A stretch of DNA of 63,996 bases, the filler included, from Candidatus Hydrogenedentota bacterium (lineage in GTDB: Bacteria > JBFMHD01), in assembly GCA_040752395.1 (NCBI GenBank). It is 13 parts of 13 records of this genome, joined end to end, with 100 filler letters (N's around TTAATTAATTAA, not from the genome) between each part and the next. Parts side by side here need not be neighbours in the genome. Positions count along the whole stretch, not along the records: positions 39,025 to 42,851 come from JBFMHD010000242.1; positions 42,952 to 46,750 come from JBFMHD010000243.1; positions 46,851 to 50,595 come from JBFMHD010000244.1; positions 50,696 to 54,367 come from JBFMHD010000245.1; 9 more parts are not named here. One strand, 5' to 3'. The position numbers and the translations under genes are program-made. The notes beneath the pieces were generated by a model that worked only from the letters and a program-made list of their open reading frames with translations, had not been told where the DNA came from and ran no database searches. Position 1 is the stretch's first letter; the number at the start of each line of letters is the position of its first letter. This document shows, one piece after another, positions 41,045-52,176 of the stretch.

Positions 41045-42851
41045 ATGAGAAGTAATATTTTTTATATTGTAATATGTATTATGATAATTTATTCGCAACC
41101 TTTAAATGCTCTAATGTGGTATATTAATGATACATCGACGTTAAATGGTGATATTTATACTACAGAAATTGGTAATGATTCAAATAGCGGATTAACCCCA
41201 TCTTCTCCAAAACGTTCTTTAGCCATTATATCAGGACTAATTAAGGCAGGAGATACAATATTTATTGATGCTGGTATTTTTTATGAAACATTAAATATAG
41301 AGACAGATTATCTAAACATAATCGGAGTGGACCCACAGAAAACAATCATTAATGCAAGTGATAGTAAAATAGAGTCTATATCCGGAATAAAGGCATATAG
41401 TACTAACAATATAATGATAAAAAATATAAAAGTTATAAATTCTTATTATGGTATAGATATAAGAAATCTTAGTACTCCTTACGAAGGAAGTCTAATTGAA
41501 AATTGTATCACTAATAATAATACTTTTGGCATTTTTATAAGTAATTCTGGTGGTATATCGCAGAATATTAGAATTGTTAACAATAGGTGTTACAATAATG
41601 CCTATTATGGTTTTTATTGTGAAGGAATCAATCATAGAATAATAAATAATGAGTTTTATAATAATAAGCGAGCGGGTCTTCGTTTAACAAATAGTAATAT
41701 ATGCATAGTTGAAAAAAATATTAGTTATGATAATGCTGGAAACGGACTTGAAATAATGAATACTTATGGTGGTTCACATATTGTAAGAGATAACATTTGC
41801 TATAATAATAGTGGTGACGGGATACTATATGAAGGCGTCACCAATGGAGTTTTGGAAAATAATGAAGTATATAATAATTCAAATAATGGTATTTTTATCT
41901 ATACTCGATACTACGGAAATGTAATAGGTAATCATATAAAAAATAATAAAGTCATAAATAATTTTAATGGTATTCGTATTGAAGGTACAGCTGGAAGAAA
42001 AGCTTTTAATAATATGATCTATAATAACACACTAATTTTAAATAGTAATTATGCTGTAATTATAGAGGGCACATCATATGATAATATTTTTACTAAAAAT
42101 AATATTATTATAGGAGAATCCGGAACTGGAATTTACAATAATAGTCCAAATTCTTTTAATTTTACCAGAAATTACTGGGGCACAACAAATGAAGATACAA
42201 TCTATAATATGATCCAGGGACCAGGAAGAGATTTAATAGTATGGAATCCTTACAGATTTAATTTTATTGATACTACTATTGGTGCAGATACTGTAGCGCC
42301 TGCATCACCTGATATAATCACAGTAGAGAATATTACCGAAGGAATATTGATAAGTTGGAATGAAGTTACAAAGAATGAGGAGCAAGGAGGTTATCCGTTC
42401 CAGTTGAATGGGTACAGGATATACCGTTCAACTGATCCCAATATACCAGATTGGCAACCGCCTTTAGGGGAAGTATCTTCAAGTGAGACACAATATATAG
42501 ATAATGATATTATGCAGGGGGAGACTTATTATTACAGAGTTACATCATTTGATACGTATATAACAGATGGAGTAGTATATGAGAATGAAAGCTGGTATTC
42601 TGATATAATATCAGTCTTTATTCAAGAATCGAGAGATACCTATGTTAAAGATGAGATGCTGGTTAAGTTTGATAAGCAATATCAATATATAGAGGTTATA
42701 GGCGAAACAGAGATAAGGATATCGGGTCCGAGCAAAGAAGATATAGAGAATTTTAATAATTTGCAAGGTTGTGAGGTGAAATACTATGACCCTGTGCTTA
42801 AGTTTTATCAGTTGAAAATACCTGCAAATAAAACAGTGGAAGAGATGATAC
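41045..42851 (+). CDS. Secreted beta-helix + FN3-like + S8 prodomain-like protein (3' truncated)
   Basis: Signal peptide; N..YNN..GI beta-helix repeats; GYRIYRS/YYYRVT; YVKDEMLVKF...FYQLKIP..KTVEEMI. Confidence 0.75.
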
Positions 42852-42964
42852 NNNNNNNNNNNNNNNNNNNNNNNNNNNNNNNNNNNNNNNNNNNNTTAAT
42901 TAATTAANNNNNNNNNNNNNNNNNNNNNNNNNNNNNNNNNNNNNNNNNNNNACTATCAAAAACT

Positions 42965-43699
42965 CTACACATGAGATTGAAAATCTTTATCTATCTCTTT
43001 GACCACTGTATATTTTTTTCTTAAACTCCTATAAAAAGCGATACCAATCCCGGCTAACGCATATAAATTGCATATAACAAACATAGTCTGATAAAACCAT
43101 TTTATGAGAATTATAATGAATAAAAAAGAGACCCAGATTAATCGCGTAGGGGTCCGTCGCCTGAAATCGTATTTTTTAAATGTTGGATAAGGTAGAGTAC
43201 TTATCATTAAATAAGATATAAGTAGTAAAGTAGCAATAAAAATAATAGACGGCAATTTAAGTTTAATAGTATAATCAATCATAACAAGCGATACAACTAC
43301 ACCGCTTGCAGCCGGGATGGGTAACCCTATAAAATAATCCTCTGGTTTTTCAGAGGACTTTATTTTAAATCTTGCAAGTCTCAGACCACCACTAACAAGA
43401 TAAATCATACAAAAGAGCCAGCCCACTGCAGTATCATATAGATAAATAAGTAAAGCAGGTGCGATACCAAAAGATATAATATCAGCTAATGAGTCGAACT
43501 CAATGCCAAACCTGCTGGATGTGCCTGTTAATCGTGCTATCCTGCCATCAAGCGCATCACATATAGCAGCAACAAGCACAAAGATACCTGCTTCGTCATA
43601 CCTTTTATGTAGGGCAAGAATAATAGAGTAAAAACCACAAATCATATTACCGATAGTAAGGAAACTCGGCAATACATAAGCACCTTTTTTTAAACGCAT
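42965..43699 (-). CDS. pssA: Phosphatidylserine synthase
   Basis: DALDGRIARL..SRFGIEFDSLAD, LRLARF, FIGLPIPAA. Confidence 0.93.
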   Translation of the reverse strand: MRLKKGAYVLPSFLTIGNMICGFYSIILALHKRYDEAGIFVLVAAICDALDGRIARLTGTSSRFGIEFDSLADIISFGIAPALLIYLYDTAVGWLFCMIYLVSGGLRLARFKIKSSEKPEDYFIGLPIPAASGVVVSLVMIDYTIKLKLPSIIFIATLLLISYLMISTLPYPTFKKYDFRRRTPTRLIWVSFLFIIILIKWFYQTMFVICNLYALAGIGIAFYRSLRKKYTVVKEIDKDFQSHV

Positions 43700-43719
43700 A
43701 AAACTCCGCCCTTACCCCA

Positions 43720-44340
43720 CTATTCACCAAGAATGGTTTTACCGGCAAAGACTTTATCGCCCACTGATACAAAGGTCTTTAAATTTCTATCAATATATAA
43801 TTCTACACGTGAACCAAACTGAACTATACCAATCCTTTCACCACGCCGAACAAAATTATGCTCTTTAACATAGCTTACAATCTGTCTTGCTATAATTCCT
43901 GCTATCTGTCTTAAAACCATTTTTTTCCCGTCCTCAAGCTCAATAAAATAAGTCCTGCTTTTATTAAGTTCGCTTGCCCTTCGGTCGTTAGCAGGGTATA
44001 ACTTTTCGCCTCGATTAGTAATTTTTATGATCCTTCCTGATAACGGCATCCGATTAACGTGTACATCATAAATCCGCATAAAAATACTTATTTTTTTGCA
44101 GGTCTCAGCAAAAAAATCGCCGTCAAATACATCTTCAACCTCTAAAATTATACCGTCTGCAGGCGATACTACACCTTTTTCTCTATCAGGTATCCTTTGT
44201 AGATCCCTGTAAAAGTATATAAGAAATAATGCAATTAAAAATAAGAAAGAAGCTATTATTTTCAGAGAGGAAAGCGCAAAAAGTAGTGCTGCAACTAATA
44301 AGATAAATATTTTTGCTATCCCTTCTTTAGCAATCCCCAT
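43720..44340 (-). CDS. psd: Phosphatidylserine decarboxylase proenzyme
   Basis: VSPADG, ISIFM...DVHVNRMP, QIAG.IAR, FGSRVE. Confidence 0.92.
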   Translation of the reverse strand: MGIAKEGIAKIFILLVAALLFALSSLKIIASFLFLIALFLIYFYRDLQRIPDREKGVVSPADGIILEVEDVFDGDFFAETCKKISIFMRIYDVHVNRMPLSGRIIKITNRGEKLYPANDRRASELNKSRTYFIELEDGKKMVLRQIAGIIARQIVSYVKEHNFVRRGERIGIVQFGSRVELYIDRNLKTFVSVGDKVFAGKTILGE

Positions 44341-44345
44341 AAAAA

Positions 44346-44834
44346 TTATCCAGATTTCTGCACTTTTCCGAGAGCCACCACACCTGTTCGTGCTATCTCT
44401 TTAATCCCAAAACCCTTCATTGTATTAATAAACGAATCTATCCTCTCAGTATCTCCAGTAACTTCTATCAGAAAAGTTTTATCATTTAAATCAATAACTT
44501 TAGCATCAAAAATACGTATATAATCCAATAATTCAACTCTCTTCACAGGCTCAGAGACTGAAACTTTAACAAGTAATAACTCGCGACAGGCAGCAGGCGA
44601 GTCCTTAAAATCTATGACTTTTATAACATCTATCAGCTTATTTAATTGTTTACAGACCTGCTCAAGTATCCTGTCATCACCCGAGACAACAATGGTCATT
44701 CTTGAGACAGTAGGGTCATCAGTCTCACCAACTGTTAAACTATCGATGTTAAATCCTCTACCTGAAAAAAGGCCAGAAATTTTAGCAAGTACACCAAAAT
44801 GGTTCTCAACTAAAACTGATATCGTATGTTTCAT
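44346..44834 (-). CDS. ilvN: Acetolactate synthase small subunit
   Basis: HTISVLVEN..GVL....LFSGRGFNIDSL, EIARTG. Confidence 0.95.
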   Translation of the reverse strand: MKHTISVLVENHFGVLAKISGLFSGRGFNIDSLTVGETDDPTVSRMTIVVSGDDRILEQVCKQLNKLIDVIKVIDFKDSPAACRELLLVKVSVSEPVKRVELLDYIRIFDAKVIDLNDKTFLIEVTGDTERIDSFINTMKGFGIKEIARTGVVALGKVQKSG

Positions 44835-46516
44835 GCGAGATCACTCCTGTCTATCATTTTACTTATCGGCATACCAGCTGGCACCATAGGTAAAACATTC
44901 TCTTCTCTTCTAACTTTAAAATCAATAAAAACCGGTTTATCTTTTATTGTTAATGCTTTTTTAATTACCTCTTCAACCTCTTTATTTTTTGTAGCTCTTA
45001 AACCAACAGCACCATAGGCTTCAGCAAGTTTTACAAAATCCGGTGCTTTTGATAAATCGACACCACAGTATCTTTTATTGTAAAAAAGTTGCTGCCACTG
45101 ACGAACCATCCCAAGATATTGATTATCAAGTATAGCAACAATTACATTGACTTTTTCACTAACCGCGGTCATTAACTCTTGAATGTTCATTTGAATACTT
45201 CCATCACCTGCTATGTCAAAAACTATTTCATCTGGTCTTGCGACTTTAACACCGATCGCTGCAGGAAAACCATAACCCATAGTCCCTAATCCACCTGATG
45301 AAAAAAAGCTTCGTGGTTTTTTGGCTTTATAAAATTGTGCTGCCCACATCTGGTTCTGACCTACCTCGGTTGTTATAAGTGCTTCACCATCTGTTAACTT
45401 ATGAATCGTCTCTATAACAAACTGCGGTGGTATCCCCAAAGTATCGTCCCTGTCATAGACTATCGGAAATTTTTCTTTCCATTCCAGAACATCCCTTAAC
45501 CACTCTTTTCTACTTTTTTTCGCAATAAGTGGTAGTAACTCCTCTAATATCTGTTTTACATCACCTACTATCGGGATATGGACCTCAATTATTTTTGAGA
45601 CACTTGATGGGTCTATATCAAGATGAATGATAGTTGCATTTAAGGCGAACTCGTCGGTCTTACCAGTAACTCTGTCATCAAACCTTACACCTGCTGCTAT
45701 GATAACATCAGCATTGGATATAGAAAGATTAGCAGCTTTGGTGCCGTGCATCCCGAGCATACCAACACATAGTTGATGCTCATCCGGGAACCCACCTTTA
45801 CACATCAGTGTATAACCAACCGGAATATCCGATTTCTCAGCTAATTGTAAAATAAGTTTAGCTGCCTCGGAGATTATCACACCGCCACCTATATACAAAA
45901 ACGGTCGTTTGGCTCCATTAATTATCTCAGCAGCTTTTTTAATCTGTTTGGGATGACCTTTATAGGTTGGTTTGTAACCGCGTAACTCGACTTTTTCAGG
46001 ATAAACAAATTTAGACTTTGCACGTGCGATATCAACAGGTAAATCAATTAGAACAGGTCCGGGTCTACCAGTAGAAGCTATAAAAAATGCTTCTTTAACA
46101 ATCCTCGGTAAATCTTTAACGTCTTCCACAAGATAATTATGTTTTGTTATAGGTCTTGTTATACCTGTAATATCAGCTTCCTGAAATGCGTCATTACCAA
46201 TGAGATGCGTTGCCACCTGACCAGTTATCGCAACTATCGGTACTGAATCCATATATGCTGTAGCTATGCCTGTAACAAGATTAGTTGCACCCGGGCCTGA
46301 TGTAGCGATACATACCCCAACTTTTCCGCTCGAACGAGCATAACCATCAGCCATATGCGCAGCACCCTGTTCATGACGCGTCAATATAAATCTGATATCA
46401 GAGTCATATAAAGCATCAAAGACAGGAAGTAACACTCCACCCGGATACCCGAACAAAACTTCGACATTCTCTCGCTTCAAACATTCAATAAGTATCTTAG
46501 CCCCTGTAATTTCCAC
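44831..46516 (-). CDS. ilvB: Acetolactate synthase large subunit (start likely GTG 46516)
   Basis: FGYPGG, RHEQGAAHMADGYAR, TSGPGATN, GDGSIQMN. Confidence 0.96.
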   Translation of the reverse strand: MEITGAKILIECLKRENVEVLFGYPGGVLLPVFDALYDSDIRFILTRHEQGAAHMADGYARSSGKVGVCIATSGPGATNLVTGIATAYMDSVPIVAITGQVATHLIGNDAFQEADITGITRPITKHNYLVEDVKDLPRIVKEAFFIASTGRPGPVLIDLPVDIARAKSKFVYPEKVELRGYKPTYKGHPKQIKKAAEIINGAKRPFLYIGGGVIISEAAKLILQLAEKSDIPVGYTLMCKGGFPDEHQLCVGMLGMHGTKAANLSISNADVIIAAGVRFDDRVTGKTDEFALNATIIHLDIDPSSVSKIIEVHIPIVGDVKQILEELLPLIAKKSRKEWLRDVLEWKEKFPIVYDRDDTLGIPPQFVIETIHKLTDGEALITTEVGQNQMWAAQFYKAKKPRSFFSSGGLGTMGYGFPAAIGVKVARPDEIVFDIAGDGSIQMNIQELMTAVSEKVNVIVAILDNQYLGMVRQWQQLFYNKRYCGVDLSKAPDFVKLAEAYGAVGLRATKNKEVEEVIKKALTIKDKPVFIDFKVRREENVLPMVPAGMPISKMIDRSDLA

Positions 46517-46750
46517 GTTCGCTCCTCTGAAAAACATTCTAACTCTAATAATATCAAGTAGAAGCAAGAAGCAAGATAAACAAACATCTGGTTTTTCATA
46601 CGTTGTGTAGAGCGCAAACCGCGCTCAGGACTACTCCTTTAAAAGCCAGAAGCAAGAAACTCATCCGGCTTAATCAGTTGTCAGTTTCGAGTCTTTAGTC
46701 ATCAGTCTTTCTTGACTCACGACTTATTGACTGATTTTCTGACTTACAAG
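46517..46750 (-). repeat. Mosaic element (A, partial C, F-G) carrying the ilvB RBS
   Basis: AGGAG-tagtc-ctgagcgcggtttgcgctctacac...cttgatattattagagttagaatgtttttcaGAGGAG. Confidence 0.85.
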
Positions 46751-46850
46751 NNNNNNNNNNNNNNNNNNNNNNNNNNNNNNNNNNNNNNNNNNNNTTAATT
46801 AATTAANNNNNNNNNNNNNNNNNNNNNNNNNNNNNNNNNNNNNNNNNNNN

Positions 46851-47062
46851 ATTGGGTTATTGGGTTATTGCGTTATTGCGTTCTACACAAAGTATGAAAA
46901 ACTAAAGATGATATGAAAAGAGTCGTGAGTCAAAACAGGACTCGAGACTCAAGACTTTTCAGCAGGCTCCGGGCTTTTGGCTCCAGCCGGCTGTAGTCCG
47001 TAGCCTGTAGCCTGTCCTGATACCTCTCACTTCTTACTTCTTACTTCTTCAGAGGAGGGGTT
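46851..47062 (+). repeat. Mosaic element (B-C-D-E-F, cagaGGAG end)
   Basis: Near-identical to 4890-5065 and 50380-50550. Confidence 0.9.
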
Positions 47063-47386
47063 ATGAAAAAATACGTAAAGATAGATACTCCTGAGAATTT
47101 TGATATGACGTATATATTTGATTTAAAAAGCAAAATGTCGAATTTCCCTTATGAACAGAAATATTCTATAATTTTTGATTTTAAAAAAACTAAATTTCTT
47201 TCAAGTTTAGGGGTTGGAGTACTATTGTATCTTAATGCAAGAACAAAAAAGAATAATGGCGAGATGAGACTCATTAATGTTAATGAAACAATAATGAACA
47301 CCTTTCATTTACTTGGTGCTGACCAGGAAGTGACTATATCAGAATCAGAAGAAATACCAGCTGGATGGGAAGAAGTGATTTTTTGA
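47063..47386 (+). CDS. STAS-domain (anti-anti-sigma-like) protein
   Basis: IIFDFKKTKFLSSLGVGVLL. Confidence 0.8.
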   Translation: MKKYVKIDTPENFDMTYIFDLKSKMSNFPYEQKYSIIFDFKKTKFLSSLGVGVLLYLNARTKKNNGEMRLINVNETIMNTFHLLGADQEVTISESEEIPAGWEEVIF

Positions 47387-49269
47387 TGGTTTTTTATAAA
47401 AAGAAGTCTTTATTTTTTAGTAGCTTTCTAATTATCCTCTCTTTTATATCAATACTTTTAGGTATTAATAATTTCAGGGTAATAGGCATTGCAGGTTCTT
47501 GCTACTATAATGAACTGAAAAATTATGAGAAAAGCATAGTAGATTTATTGATGAATGTAAATAAGGATATGGTTTTCCGTACTTTAGCAAGAAGTAGTAT
47601 AAAAATAAAGGGGCACTATAAAACAAAGATTTTTATAGGTCAGCTCTCTGAAATATTAATAGAGAATGTTAATGAAGACTATGTGCAGTTAAAACTTATT
47701 GATGGGATACTGGCTATAGAATGCGTTAAATCGAGTACCCCATTTTATATAACCTCTGAAAATAGAAAAATAGAGATATGCGGAACCACAAATAAAGTTA
47801 TGATAAAAAAAGAAAAGCGATTTATTAATAAGAAGATGGATGTCGTTACACTTGGGTATATTATTGAGGGAGAAGTAAAAGTCGATGAAAGAGTAATGGA
47901 AGGTCAATATAAATTTGAAATATCAGATAACAGAATTGAAATTAATGAATTATATTTATCTGATTTTAAATATATTAAAAATGATTTTTGTAATTTACTG
48001 GATGATGATTTTATATCTTATGAGAGATTTATTACTTCGGAGATAGAAGTTAAAGAGATAAAAGAGAAGAAGAAACCAGGCGAAGAATTGATAATGAAGG
48101 ATGAGATACCGCCTATTCTTGTAATAACAAGAGTAGTACCTGAGATTGATGGAATTATTACTTTATATGGTTATACAGAGCCAAATGTAACAGTTGAGGT
48201 CGATGGTTACCCAATAGATGTTTTACCGGATGGCTCTTTTAGACAGCGGCTTGATTTTATAAAGCCTCAACGTATCCCTGAAATAATAGCCCGTGACCTC
48301 GCAGGTAATGAAAACCGATATGTTTTGACTGATATAGGTGATTATTATAGCCTACCGCAGGATTTTGAAGTTACTGCAAACCCGAGTGTGGTTGATGCAA
48401 AAGGACCAGGTTCACAAATAGTTAATGTGCGAGCAAGATTTATAACAAGCTCGGGCAAGACACCGTCACCAACCTTTGTCCGTTTTGAAGCTGTTTCAGC
48501 TACTGGTAAAAAGATGGGTGAGATTTTAGGCAGCAATGTTGTGTTTACAGATTTTAATGGTGAAGCGAATATCCAGTTCAGGCCCGGCTATTTCCCTGGT
48601 CAAGCCTTTATGAGGGTTTATAATCATACAAACGGTGAAGAACTCGGCTCAACAAGTATAACTCTAAGAGACGCAGTACCTGATAGAGTTCCTGGTTCTA
48701 TTATTGAGGTACAAAATTCTATATTCGGTAACAATACTTTGCTTTTAACATGGAGTGGTGGGAATATCGAGGAAGATTTGTTCGGTTACAGGGTTTATAA
48801 AAACAGCTGTCTTGTAGCTACGTATCCCATTGGTACCACATCATATTATGAAGATAATCTTATAGAAGATGAGGTCGTAACCTATGAGATTCGAGCTATA
48901 GATATAGCTGATCCGTTGATACTTGAAAGTGAATCTTTGAGTAAGACAATAACTATAAAGGACAATTCCGCACCTATAGTTCTTGGGGCAGGGGGCGTGA
49001 CAGGAGCAACAAGATATATAGATGTAACTTTTTCAGAGGATTTGTCTTATAATGGGAATTATACGTTATTGACAGTTTTCCCTGGTGATGTACCTTTACC
49101 AAAAGTTATGTCAAATCAATTTATAGGTAATGGTACGGTAAGATTGGGGCTTGATGCGGATCTGGTTCTTTATCACAGTTATGAGTTAGAGATAAGTGAT
49201 GCAAAGGACGATGGCTCTATTCAGAACACAATGCAGCCCAATCCAACCCGGGTTGTGATAAATTATTGA
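47386..49269 (+). CDS. Exported protein with degenerate FecR-like, Ig-like and FN3-like domains
   Basis: N-terminal TM; DEIPPIL..G.TEP...V.VDG...DGSF...ARDLAGN; GYRVYKN, YEIRAID. Confidence 0.6.
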   Translation: MVFYKKKSLFFSSFLIILSFISILLGINNFRVIGIAGSCYYNELKNYEKSIVDLLMNVNKDMVFRTLARSSIKIKGHYKTKIFIGQLSEILIENVNEDYVQLKLIDGILAIECVKSSTPFYITSENRKIEICGTTNKVMIKKEKRFINKKMDVVTLGYIIEGEVKVDERVMEGQYKFEISDNRIEINELYLSDFKYIKNDFCNLLDDDFISYERFITSEIEVKEIKEKKKPGEELIMKDEIPPILVITRVVPEIDGIITLYGYTEPNVTVEVDGYPIDVLPDGSFRQRLDFIKPQRIPEIIARDLAGNENRYVLTDIGDYYSLPQDFEVTANPSVVDAKGPGSQIVNVRARFITSSGKTPSPTFVRFEAVSATGKKMGEILGSNVVFTDFNGEANIQFRPGYFPGQAFMRVYNHTNGEELGSTSITLRDAVPDRVPGSIIEVQNSIFGNNTLLLTWSGGNIEEDLFGYRVYKNSCLVATYPIGTTSYYEDNLIEDEVVTYEIRAIDIADPLILESESLSKTITIKDNSAPIVLGAGGVTGATRYIDVTFSEDLSYNGNYTLLTVFPGDVPLPKVMSNQFIGNGTVRLGLDADLVLYHSYELEISDAKDDGSIQNTMQPNPTRVVINY

Positions 49270-49585
49270 TTGCTATATAAAATAAGAGGCACAAAGTAGT
49301 GATGGTCTTTAGAACCGTGGTAGGCAAATAAATTTGCAATTTTGCAATTTGCAATCTCCAATTTACAATTCGAAATTCAAAAGAATTTCGAACATCTTGG
49401 TTCTTGCTTCTTGTTTCGAGAACTTTTGACCTTTTAACTTTTTATGGACAGTAAGCAGTCAGATATCAATAATATTGATAAATAACTTTAAAAACTAAAG
49501 GTCCGACCCTATTGTAGAAAAAAAGATACTTGATTTTTTTATATAAGTAGTTAATATATTAAAAATTATATGACGGGGTTTTTAT

Positions 49586-49819
49586 ATGACGACTATTGAA
49601 ATAATAAACCAACTAAGAAGACTCAATTCTGATGAGCTAATAAATATTATTGAAAATGCAGTTGCGGTGCTTGAATCAAAGATTCAATCATCAAATAAGA
49701 CAAAAAATAGGTCAAAAAAACAATTATTCAAAGCTGCAAAAAAATTGGTTTCAGAATATAAAAACAATAGTGAACTGACAGCATTTACTTTGATTGATGG
49801 TGACGAATTTTATGCGTAG
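49586..49819 (+). CDS. Putative antitoxin of the MazF-family toxin
   Basis: AAKKLVSEYKNNSELTAFT..DG.EF; overlaps the toxin start. Confidence 0.65.
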   Translation: MTTIEIINQLRRLNSDELINIIENAVAVLESKIQSSNKTKNRSKKQLFKAAKKLVSEYKNNSELTAFTLIDGDEFYA

Positions 49820-50153
49820 GGGTGAAGTATGGATGGTCAATTTAAATCCTACGATTGGTGCTGAAATAAAGAAAACCCGGCCGGCAGTGATTGTAAACGA
49901 TGATGCGGTTGGGATACTTCCACTTAAAATTATTGTACCTATTACAGAATGGAAATCTTCGTTCAAGGATGTGCCATGGATGGTGCGAATAGAACCATCA
50001 ATAACAAATGGTTTACGTAAAGTTTCGATCGCCGATGCGTTTCAGGTAAGATCAATATCACAGTTAAGACTTATTAATAAAATTGGTGTTTTATCAGCGA
50101 GTACTATGAACCTAATTACCAAAGCACTTGCTCTTGTCTTAGGTATGGAATAA
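49812..50153 (+). CDS. PemK/MazF-family toxin
   Basis: RGEVWMVNLNPTIGAEIKKTRPAVIV, NGL.K.S.AD.FQVRSIS..RL. Confidence 0.9.
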   Translation: MRRGEVWMVNLNPTIGAEIKKTRPAVIVNDDAVGILPLKIIVPITEWKSSFKDVPWMVRIEPSITNGLRKVSIADAFQVRSISQLRLINKIGVLSASTMNLITKALALVLGME

Positions 50154-50179
50154 AAGTGTATTGGTTAATTTTTTCATTA

Positions 50180-50595
50180 TCTTTCCTTTCCGTTATCCTG
50201 CTTCTAAATAAGGGCAAATGAATTTGTATTCCATTAGTCTTCAGTAGGATTCCGTAATCTTGCCTCTTGCTTCTAAAGTATAAGTTCTACTGCACCAATA
50301 ACTGAGGCTTTACATGAATTTGCAATTTGCACTTTACAATTTGCAATTTATAATTTAAAATAGACCGAAGTGACAGAGAGGCACAAAGGATGAAAAACTA
50401 AAGATGATATGAAAAGAGTCGTGAGTCAAAACAGGACTCGAGACTCAAGACTCAAGACTTTTCAGCAGGCTTTTGGGCTTTTGGCTCCAGCCGGCTGTAG
50501 GCCGTAACCTGTAGCCCGTAGCCCGTCCTGATACCTCTCACTTCTTCCGTTATCTTGCTTCTTGCCTCTTGTTTCTACTTGATATTATTATAGTT
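50180..50595 (+). repeat. Long mosaic element (F and TTGCAAT arrays, C-D-E-F-G), cut by the contig end
   Basis: 50380-50595 matches 4925-5065 and 14055-14240. Confidence 0.9.
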
Positions 50596-50695
50596 NNNNN
50601 NNNNNNNNNNNNNNNNNNNNNNNNNNNNNNNNNNNNNNNTTAATTAATTAANNNNNNNNNNNNNNNNNNNNNNNNNNNNNNNNNNNNNNNNNNNN

Positions 50696-52154
50696 GTATC
50701 ATCTCTTCCACTGTTTTATTTGCAGGTATTTTCAACTGATAAAACTTAAGCACAGGGTCATAGTATTTCACCTCACAACCTTGCAAATTATTAAAATTCT
50801 CTATATCTTCTTTGCTCGGACCGATTAGTATATATTGTGTCTCACCATGAATTTCAATCGATTGTTCTTTAAATTTAACCAAGATTTCATCTTTTACATA
50901 CATTTTTTCGGTTTCAGAAACACCCTCAACTGCACCAATATCAACTGGTTTAGACCGAAGATTACCATAGAAATCAGTCATTGGAGTAGAATATGTATCG
51001 TATCCAGCATCAATACATGGGGACCCTGCTTGTGGTTCGTATGTTAGTAAAGATATTTGTGGGTCCTGTCCCATGATCTCATTTCTTATGTCAATATATG
51101 AGGCATCTAATACTGTAGACGGTTCTGAAGAAGGTAAATAATAAAACAAATTATTATACATTAACAAAGTGGCACAGTAGGTAATCTCATATAACAGAAC
51201 CTCGGGGAAGTTGAGTTCAGCTTCAGTGTTATACATAATGATATTATTGATAAATTCCACTTCGACCGCATATCCTATAGTGGAAAAACAATTGATTAAT
51301 GTGTTATTATATGCTTTGCAAATATATGTATGTTCATCAACATACGCATTCCCACCAAAATTTATGCGGGTATATCCTGAATTCTCATCAGTTGTAGTCT
51401 TAAAAATATTATTCTCAAAATAACTGTAAAGTACATAATCACAACCTATGCCGCCTTGACTTGCAGTAGCGTCCACCTCGAAATAGCAATTTCTCATGAT
51501 AAAAGTATCAGTTCGACAACATAGAGAAAAGTTCCCCATATCTAATATTATGGGATCTATTGTCCTTAAGCCCTCCATTATAATTGTACTGACATAATCG
51601 CCATAACTATCTTGCGTAAATATTACTACATCCCACCCTGTTTTATTATGAATCCCAGAAAAGTTTATATTTCTTAATGTCAGATTATCAAATAAATTGG
51701 CAGGCATGTAGAAAATTGCACTGCTACCTCGAGGCCCTCTCCATGCATTCGCATAATAATTCCTGATAGTAAAATCCTGCAAAATTAAACCATCTGCATT
51801 AATGAAAAATAGAGATATATCCATCTCAGAAACAGTTGTTCCATCGATAACTGCTTTGTCGCCAGGTCTAGACATTATAGTTAAATTAGGAACATTAATA
51901 TTTATGGTATTATCTGGTATTAATGTTATTTCTTCCCCTCTGTTATTCGCCATAATGTATATGGTATCAGCTGGTGAGGCAGATGCGATGGCATTAGCTA
52001 AATCAGAGAAAGCCGTTGCCCAGTTCTCTGTAAATCCATCGGAATTATCGCCGTTCGGATTCACGTAAATAATATTGGCATTTATTTGCGGAATATGAAT
52101 TACATAAATTGTAGCAAATACAAGTAATAATGATAAACGTTTAAAGTATAGCAT
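50696..52154 (-). CDS. Secreted beta-helix protein with choice-of-anchor-Q-like motif and S8 prodomain-like segment (3' truncated)
   Basis: Signal peptide; IYVN..G...DG...WATAF; SPCIDAG...DFYGNLR..PVDIGAVE; last 127 nt identical to 42725-42851. Confidence 0.75.
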
Positions 52155-52176
52155 TTAATATTTCTCCTCCTCTTGT

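Noticed and set aside
42725-50822. DGR template/variable repeat pair
   Set aside because: The 127-nt copies are identical with no adenine-specific mismatches, both are coding, and no reverse transcriptase is visible.
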